Shown: positions 54,401 to 64,000 of the stretch, one piece after another
Layout of the letters: every line of letters begins with the position of its first letter
How positions within the stretch are numbered: the stretch's first letter is position 1
Notes under the pieces: generated by a model
The model's database searches: none
Told to the model about the DNA's origin: nothing
What the model saw: only the letters and a program-made list of their open reading frames with translations
Position numbers and translations under genes: made by a program
Source of the DNA: Octopus vulgaris
Taxonomy: Eukaryota
Direction: 5' to 3'
Assembly: GCA_951406725.2 (NCBI GenBank)
Contig: OX597825.1
Span: 26,846,001 to 26,910,000, forward strand
DNA length: 64,000 nt

Positions 54401-56285
54401 TTTCCATAGAAATACAAGACGCGGTCATTGAAAGCTACTGACATTATATTTTCGAACAAACTGGCTGAATAATACAAAGCAACACGTCATTGATAGAGTA
54501 TTATTGTTCTCCAAACTTATTTTTTAGTTTTAATTAATTTCTTTCATTACAATACCAATGCTTTACACGACTGATGTTGTATTAGCATGCTCAATTCACC
54601 TCAATTCATTCTAGGAAGTTTTGTGTTGGTTTATTTTACGTAACGGTGGATAATAACTTTTCATTTTAATGCATGAAACATTTTTGTTTTTATTCCTTCA
54701 ATAACAGCAATTTATAACTTACAATTTTAGAAGCATATTAGTATATAAAAGCATCCAAACCATGTTTGTTTGCTCATTTCAGCTCATATTGCTTGATGGT
54801 AGTGAATATAGTTTTGTTGTACGTAATTTTTAATTTATTATTTGACTAATGATGAGAGAGTAAAAAATGAATAAGGAGTTTTCCATTTTAAACCTTAATG
54901 GAGCCAAGAAGCATGGGCCTCATGAAACGCGACTAATGTGGCGTAACTTTTTTGTTTTTATGAAGGATCATGACTACTGTTTTATTATATTTGTCTACCG
55001 ACATATACTTTTTATAAATTTGTTTTATAGATCTTTATGTAAAGCTACAATGAGTTTCAAAGTTACAAATTTTCAGCTTATTACGGATAGTTTATTAGGA
55101 ATATTTTGTAAATAGTCGCGCTGTTCATGTTCGTAGAGAAGGTTGCTACTACATATGTTTGAGATTTAGGTAGCTAGTGTATAGTTTATTATATCTCCGC
55201 AAATTCATTTTGCATTTGGGTTATGCTCTGCGGAACCTTCCTTAAATCATTTGCAACATAAAAATCCAAGTCTGCAAATCCATTTTATATTCTACAGTCT
55301 TATAATAAATATCTCATTATATATCTAGATCTTTGTTTACTGCTTGAATATGTGTTATGGGGAACTATTCAACACGAAAACTACGGACTTAAGAATGTTT
55401 CGTCAAATCTGCCTGCAAAATGATGCATTTCAGAGTCTATCAGGAATTATAGTTACCAGATTGTGTATTTGTGATACCTACCAATTTAAATCATTAGCTA
55501 ACTGGAGTACTGAGGCATTAGCAAACATTCAAGAGTCATAAAGAGTCCACTATTACCGTTCACTTGACATGTGTACTAAACCAACGAAATGAATGCTTCC
55601 ATGTTGTGTACAGGCAGAATAGGTTGCCGACGATATCTCAAATCCACAAAATGTGTGTAAGTAATAGATATCTTTGTCGTGTGTAAAACAAGGCAGTTTT
55701 AAGCTGGGCTTTCAAAATTAAGTATAAACTATGGTAATTACTACCACAATACTTTTATTATTTTAGGATTAGAAAATGAAGATATACTTAGAGAAAGTAA
55801 GAGAGAAAATAGCGAGGTAAATGAAGTAAATAAAAATATAATTTTCGTACAATAAGATAACCTTGATTACAATGGCTTATCCTCTGAAGAAATAAAAGGA
55901 ACGAAGAGATAGAATAGGTTTTATGCGATAAGTGATTAAAATATATAAAATGAAAAAAATTAAATTTTACATATGGGAATACATATAGAAAGGTTATTTG
56001 ATTTAAAATATAGATTATAGCGATATAATGAATAACAAGAAAAATTGTTTTCCAAAATTAATTTCTAGCAAATAACCTCACAGGTTTCCCTCAGAAGTGT
56101 ATGCAGCGATAAGTTAGAAAATAGTAATTAAGAAAGGGAGAAATATTTTGGAAGATTAATTTTAAGAAGTAACAGGTATCGAATGAAATTAATACCTGGT
56201 ATTAAGACCGCTTGGCAACATTTGTAACTCCCGAGACAGAATCATAGCACAAACACAAACACACACGTGGCCTGAACGTATGCAT

Positions 56286-56326
<41 letters not shown>

Positions 56327-56367
56327 CATACATAGATGCATATATACATATATATATATATATGCAT

Positions 56368-56413
<46 letters not shown>

Positions 56414-56768
56414 AGAGAGAGAGAGAGAGAGAGAAAAAACAGACAGACAGACAGACAGACAGACAGAGATAAGTAGATAGATAGATAGATCAAGAGGGTA
56501 CCGGCAGAATTTTCTACAATTAAAGATGTGATTTTCTCCATCTGTGTAATTATTTGATAGATAGAATTTGTCAAAGTTCTTTTAAATTATATTTGTATCT
56601 ACTTGTCATACATGAGGGATTACTTGGATGTTGATTCTGCTTGCATTCATTGGCGCCTGAGAGTTTGCTATAATTAGCTAAATGCGTTGAAATCTAAGTG
56701 CGTTTTTGGTATATGCCTGGATTTTTCAATCCCTTGGGTTCTCTTTTATGTGCGTGTGCGCGCGCGTG

Positions 56769-57197
56769 TGTTGGGTTGGTGAATAATTCACGAGTATTTT
56801 TTTAAATTCAAAAACGTACGCAGAGATAAAAGCATTAGCAATATGTTTTGTTATTTAAAAGAGAACTACGAGACAGTGTGTCCTGATGTTTTTTTTTATA
56901 TTATTGATATTTATGTATTTTCAAATTATGAAAATGGAACGGTAATTGGACAAAACTGAGCATTTTCGACACAATTTGCTTTTTGCATCTAATCGTGCTG
57001 TTAGGCCTGCGACGCTGCCCGTGAGATTTGTGTTGTGTATGGCGAAAGAACAATGCCTCAATATACCGCCCGCCGTTGGTTTTCACACTTCAAAAATTAA
57101 GTGTGAAATTAAATAAGTGTATTATTTATTAATTTTTCGTAGATTTTTGTTTAAAATAAATTTGAAAAAAGGTCATGAATTATCCCTCAACCCGATA
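56769..57197 (+). mobile_element. Internally deleted mariner (both TIRs and HTH N-terminus)
   Basis: TIRs tgttgggttggtgaataattcacga / tcatgaattatccctcaacccgata; fragments EHFRHNLLFASNR and AAREICVVYGERTMPQYTARRWFSHFKN. Confidence 0.9.
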
Positions 57198-58265
57198 TAG
57201 AAACACATGCAAATATCTGCAAAAAACATCAACATGAATATACCGAACAAATAAGGAAAGTATTACAATGCTATAGTTATAAGAGATAAGTTACTCCGTC
57301 TCTCCATATTTCTACCAACCATACACTTTCCTCTGATCAACACTTATCATGTGGACACCTGGATGTTAACGTTATATTGGCGAACGAGTTAAATCAACTA
57401 CTTACTTAGGCCCTATCCGAATTTTAATAAGAAACAAAGATTAAGGTATCGGAACACTTAATTAAAGCATATGATCCGACATTATTTCGCTTCCGGTAAC
57501 ACATCACACCGTTTAGGTATATATCGTATCATCGCCAAAATAATAAAAAAAATATATCAAAATCGACTGTGATGGGATATACAGTGAGAGAGCAGAGAGT
57601 TGGGAAAAGAAAACTGCATTTTCACTTTTATTGGGGAAAAGAAAAACACAAGACAACTGATTTTATTTAATTCATTTATTGGAACGACATAAAGATTTTA
57701 AAAGAAATTTCAGCCAAAGTTTATTTTCTGATCTTATGCCAACAAAATAATATCCAAGAATGTTCCACTCCCACATACAATAATAAACTCCCAACTAAAA
57801 GGGAAAAAATGAGTTTAAGAAAATTCGAAGAAATAGAGAAAAGATGGGGAGGTTAATGAGAATAGCGACATATATGCTACATCCTGTTAGTAGAACACTT
57901 AATTCTGCGGTAAACGGATTTCCATTTATTGAATGCAGCTATATCAACCATTAGAAACCGCTTATTTTTGCTGCGCGGAAGTATATAATACCTAGCTCGA
58001 TAGAACACTCTGTAAAATACTTAGATATTTGTTGGTAAACAACAATTGGAAATTGCTCCAAGTAGAGTAATAATTATATTCCTTACTAGTAGTATAGTCA
58101 CATACTCACAAATTTTAGACATTTTATGCGGTTTTTGCCCGGGGAGAATTAGTGGCAAAGGTACTTTCGAATGATCCAGATGAAAAACTTGATAATGAGG
58201 TAATAGGTAATATGCCAAGAGAGACATGGTTTATAGAAAATGCATTTACATAAATATGAATAATT

Positions 58266-58850
58266 CACAGGCATCGCTGTGTGATAAATAGTTTGCTTCC
58301 CAACCACGTGATTTCGGACTGAGCCGCATTCAGTGCTTAACATTGGCTAGTGATACGACATCGCTTAGTGAGGCGTTACAGACTTTGTATTGAAGTTAAC
58401 TTGGTCTGTCCGATATACTTGCATCACGTGTAGAGTCGTAAATATGTACATGAATTCAGACATAATAAATGCGTATTTTAGTATGTACGGCTAATTAAAT
58501 AACCTATATCCTATAGAAGGTATTAATGACAAAATTAGAATACCGGGTCACATAATCAGGCTGAGCATCTTGGGGGAAGTGTCTTCCAATATATCGTCGA
58601 GTAGTTTTGGTATATGAAAACTGAAAGAAGACCGTTGTACATACATGTATGTGTGTGGCGGGTTTTCTTTATGTGTGTGCCCTACCACCAATTGACAACC
58701 GGTGTTGGCGTGTTTACGTATCCGTAACTTAGCGCTAGAATAAGTACCAGGCTTAACAAATTATCAAATTAAGTGTGGATTCATCTGCTTAAACATTCTT
58801 CAAAGTCGTGCCTGACCGCAATCTAATAACCGAAGTAAACGATAAAAGAT
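58266..58850 (+). mobile_element. Decayed family B SINE split by a 215 bp insert
   Basis: Head gctgtgtgataaatagtttgcttcccaaccac resumes after 58558 with gcatcttggg..agtgtcttc..aaactgaaagaag..ttgacaaccggtgttggcgtgtttacg. Confidence 0.8.
58344..58558 (+). repeat. 215 bp direct repeat, copy 1
   Basis: Same length as and colinear with 60827-61041, roughly 80% identical by eye. Confidence 0.93.
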
Positions 58851-60227
58851 ATATGAATTGGGGGAATATGAAAAACAATATTTGAATTGAAACGTACTTA
58901 TCGGGAAAATATTAACTGCGCTGAAAAAGACCTTGAAACATATCGCACGCTCTCCTCGGATCAAAATAATTCCGTTCCATTTATTGTATTTAGAGAAACG
59001 AATTGAAAGTTAAATTTATTCAATTTATTCATTGAATTCATATATGCAAAATTTGCTTTATGCAGAAAATATGGAATCGAATTTGTCGAACTTAGTTTTA
59101 TTATAAGTAAATATTTTAGTATATGTAATCACATAAAGGAGTATGATTATTTTACATTAAAGATGCATTTATTTCAAATATATTTTTATAATGAAATATA
59201 ATAGCAATGAAATCCATATTTGTCATATGCATGATTGCAAAACTTTCATTTTTATGCGTATAATAAACTTAATAATAAACCTATGGCTGAGCATATTTCA
59301 AAGTTTAAAATAACGTAATAACAAAATAACGTGTATTCCCCTTGTTAAATGAAATGATTTTTAGAAAACTTTTATATTTGTACATACGAATTTTTTCTTT
59401 ATGAAACGTCATGAGTGTTTTGTTCATCTAAGACAACAGGTTTACTTTGAGGTTTTCATTTTCATTTCCATCTATTTAAAATCAGGGATGTTAAAGAACG
59501 TAATATTCGTTGATTGACGAAGTATAATTGAACTGTGCCAAAGGTCTATGACAGCGAAGAAGCAAAAATGGCTGGCTGTGAGAAAGGTGAGAGAAAATTA
59601 TAGGTACAAATGTGATAAATCCGAGAAAAGCTAATGCAATTTGAAGAGCAGCACTTTAGAATATTTATGAAATTTAACGAGAAAATATTTTGGCTAAAAA
59701 TACGAAGTATAGATAACAACTTGGACAAATTTCGCAATGATAGCATCAGCGAAACATAAAGCAATGTCCTTTGCAAAATAGAAAAGAGGATAGGTTCCTC
59801 GAGTGATGAGAATATGATGTATATATTGTTTAATATACAAGGTAGTATTGTCTAGCACCAACTGACTAAAGAAACAGCCAGCAACTAATAGAATAGAAAT
59901 AATACGAAAAACAAAATAAAGAAGCTTGTGCAATCTAGCAAGGCACCATATAATATATATAGCAGGATACCTGACGATGTAAGCCGTCATAGCTGTATCT
60001 AAATGGAAGTGAGATACTGTCATTGTAATGCACTAATGTTAATGGCAGAGTGTAGCGTATTAACATTGTCTCATAATCAATTTAATCATTCATTGTCAAT
60101 TTGCTTTAATCTGTATTACTTTTGGCATTTAACTGCAATACGAAGTTAGAAGAAATTAATCGAAATCTCAAATCAGATCATATCATTACCTATTGAATAA
60201 GTAATAAAAGAGCGCTATACCTAAGGT

Positions 60228-60313
<86 letters not shown>

Positions 60314-60826
60314 CTAATTAATTGTATGGTATATACCTGGTAGTTTAAGGGGCCTCTTTCTCAGTGTTCGTTGTACATTGGATTGATGAGAGACGCTCAC
60401 TAGAATTTTTCGACCCATCAACCATCGATTCCTCATGGTTGATGTGCTGAACACCTGGCTTAGGTGTGGATGTATCTCCTCGGGTGACAGAATGTATCTC
60501 GTTAAAATAACTTCTGTTCCGCAATATTTCTTCTTGGTATGTGTATACAAAAGCAGGAAATTAAGACATGCCGCTTCATTTTTATAGCAGATCAATAACA
60601 CATATCAGATGAAAGAAGAAACAAATATATAATACAGCGAAGAAAACAATTAGATATAACGGTTAGTGAATATGGATGTATAAAGCCCTCGTTTACGCTT
60701 ACTGGAGCACACACACTGGCTTGTACAATCTTATACGAAGATATAATCATATCCCCACGCGGGGTTTGGACCACATACATTCGCACAGCGACTTAAATAG
60801 ATATTGATACATTTAGTAACCAAAAA

Positions 60827-61041
60827 TGGCTAGTGATACGACACCACTTAATGACAAGTCACAGATCCTGTTATGAAGTTCACTCGGTTTGCTCGATATA
60901 CTTGTATCATGTGTAGAGTCATGAATATGTACATGAATTCAGACATAATAAATACATATTTTTTTATGTACGGCTAATTAAATAACCGATAGCCTATAGA
61001 AAGTATTAAGGACAATGTTAGAATACCGGGCCACGCAATCA
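60827..61041 (+). repeat. 215 bp direct repeat, copy 2
   Basis: Shares tggctagtgatacgaca, aatatgtacatgaattcagacataataaat and ttagaataccggg with 58344-58558. Confidence 0.93.
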
Positions 61042-63720
61042 CAGGTGGAGGCACTTGTATAGTTATACATGTGTATGTATAATTAGATGTGTTTACTTCA
61101 ACGGGAGTTTGTGCTTCAGCACATGTTTTCTAACTGTACACCTATCTGTGCGTGGGTGTATTATACAGTAAATTGTTATCATGAAATTTATGTTTTTGAT
61201 ATGTATTTCAATAAACATTAAACGCGGCATGAAATATCCTAAATGCAGTGTTTAAATATTTATTATGTGTTTCATCGTAAGAACATAAAGATACAATTTT
61301 ATGTTTAGGTAAAAATTAAATTATCAATCCATTGTGTTTAATGGCCATGTTTTCAGGGTTAACGCCCTAATATTAAATATAACTAAAAATACATCAACAT
61401 AACGAGCGAAAATGCAGAAGTTTATCCAATCGGAAACCATTTATTTTAAAGAGTCCTGATAAAAAAAGAACACCTCGCTATATTTTATATATTTATATTA
61501 GGCTTGATTATTGGAAACTGGTATGAGTTTGAATATTTGCTTTATTCCGTGATTGAAATGGAATTTATATTGTAGTTATAACTTTGCTATTTGAAATATT
61601 AACCAAGAATTACTGCCCTTAACTTATTTTATATTCCATACAAATAACAACAATATTACTAGGGCTATAGATTGTTCGATTGTGTTCAGTATATAATGAA
61701 AATTATAAAGCTGGCATTTTGTGTAAACATAAAGTTTACATGGTTCTTCTTAAATATGTGTTGAAAGTGTTGTTTGGGCAAGGTACAAAAAAATGACAAA
61801 GAAACTTTTACTGAAATACCTTGCAATTATTTAACCGAAAATCGATCCCGATCTAGGAACAAATTACAAGCAGTGAAACCGTTGTTAATCCGATATAGAA
61901 AATAAATGCTCATGGAAAACCTACTGCTACTACTGGAAAAGGTTATGCAGAAAGACCAAAAGAGATTCAACAGAGTAAAATAAAGAGAAAAAGATCTTTT
62001 ATTTAACAGACTTGAATATTCTCTAACATCATTGAGAGATTAAGGGTTAAAAATACACAGGCCTTTCCACTGTTCGTAGATGATTCAAAGTAAATTGCAA
62101 TATATGACTGTTACACATGACACAATTTCAGTCTATGACTAATGCAAGATTTTCATTGAAAACTTGGAAATTATACGCAGTCATGTGGCTACTAAATCTA
62201 GAACATCACAATGACTGATACAGTGGCGTGTTTGTTTTTATCAATATTAGTGAGTTTCTAGATTCCAAACACGGCCAAACTGAAGTGTATCAAATATAAG
62301 ATTTCTTTGACAATCCTGTCTCTTAATTACCATAATGGATTGCATAAACTAATATAACCTGTTCCGGTATTAAACGGGAGTGTTGCTTGTTCTTTCCTAC
62401 AAGATACGTGACCGCAAAATATGTTTCACCATTGGCTATCTGATTTGATTTATTGAGATGCTAAATAAATAATTAGAAACGTGAAGTTCTTCTTCCTCCC
62501 AATTAAAGAAATTCTTTAGAGATTGATACAAAAATACATTAAGCTAGAGGAAAAGATTTGATAGAAATCTGTCAGGGTATGTTCAAGGATTTTGTACGTT
62601 GCTCATAGAGTTTGTGATTGAAGTATATTTTCAGCGTTTTTGATTTAAATTGTAAAAGAGAAATTTGAAAATTACATGTCATTACTGACATGCAAATCAA
62701 ACATTTCTGCTAGATATATTTGCTACATCTGCTCCGTCATGACTTATGAGTTTTACGTATAACTAATTTGTAAATAATGCTGAATCATTCCTTGTTCCTC
62801 TATCACTAATGATTTTACTGATACATTGAAGGTACATTGTAACTTATAAGAACTCAGCCCCTCCTTTTTGATACTAACACATGAAATCAGAATTAAGAAA
62901 ATCGATAGAGGTCAACTGGGAATTGAAACTACATCTCGGAGACGAATTACAGTGAGTGGTAACCATCACTCTAAATAAAGAAAAATGATTTTTGTTATAA
63001 TTTGTTTTGCTTGTTTATCTCCTTATATATTCGGTTTAGAGTGGGTAGAAAGGCCAGAAAAGAAGTAAGAAAAATAATGTTTGGAATTAGAATGAATTGA
63101 TTTCAACACATTCAATTTATCACTAAAAGAATATCTTTTTAAAACTAACTGTAGATGTGCTAAAATAATTTAAGATAAAGGAGCATAGTAATTTCCATAA
63201 CTCTTTTGTTGAGAAAATTGGAAAATAATTTGCCATCGACCAGTTTTATGTTTTTCGTATACTTATTGTGATTCATATTCTTATTTGCTTTCTTTTACTT
63301 ATTGTCTTTTATTTTCTATTCGTATTCTTATTTTTATTCCTATTTTCAAGCCAGTTTTTCTTTCCTTCCATCACATTCTTGTCCGTATTATTCTTAGATT
63401 ACTACATTATTATGTTGAGAGCTTCCAAGTTCTCTTGAATTCATCGAACGCAATATACACAATATAATTTCTTATAGATTATGTTATTGTACAAAATAAC
63501 TGAAAATATTTTATATCGCCATTTTGTTTGTACGTTTTCGTTGTCTTCTTGCTACGCTTTCAATCTTATTTTCCTTTTATTTTGCTATTTATTTATATAA
63601 TAATTCTGCTTTATTTTGCATCATCATTTCTTTCCTTTCTTTCTATTTGCCATTGTTTTCTCCATTAATTTTATATCTTTGCACACTCACGCGTGTATAT
63701 CAATATATATTTATATATAC

Positions 63721-63763
<43 letters not shown>

Positions 63764-64000
63764 TGTGTGTGTGTGCCATATGCATGCATATTTATGAATT
63801 TATATATGCACGTATGTGGACATAAATGTAGAATATCTTTATGCACATATGCTAGGTATATACATGCACATACACACGCAAAATCATATATGTATGTATA
63901 TTATAACTATCCGATCTAAGAGTAAATAATACAGTAAATTACTTTTTTTTAAATCACTTCAGAAGACAATACATGATAAATAAATTATCTGTTTTCTCTA

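Overview
AT-rich, microsatellite-dense animal genomic DNA; the SINE, LINE and microsatellite repertoire is most consistent with an octopus (inference). I found no host protein-coding exon, and nearly all ORFs in the track are microsatellite translations. Recognisable content: one near-intact 3' half of an R4/Dong-like non-LTR retrotransposon ending in (TAA)n, two decayed relatives, many tRNA-derived SINEs, mariner, hAT and Helitron remnants, and short Penelope-like inserts carrying hammerhead-ribozyme motifs. The most unusual structure is at 24.5-25.5 kb, where a (TA)n tract is split by an insert made of inverted copies of both of its own flanks, joined at a microhomology. An older one-sided version lies at 13.1-13.5 kb. 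Other points of interest are a repeated minimal hammerhead with a variant CUGUNGA core, several short local templated duplications, and a SINE trimer with identical junctions.
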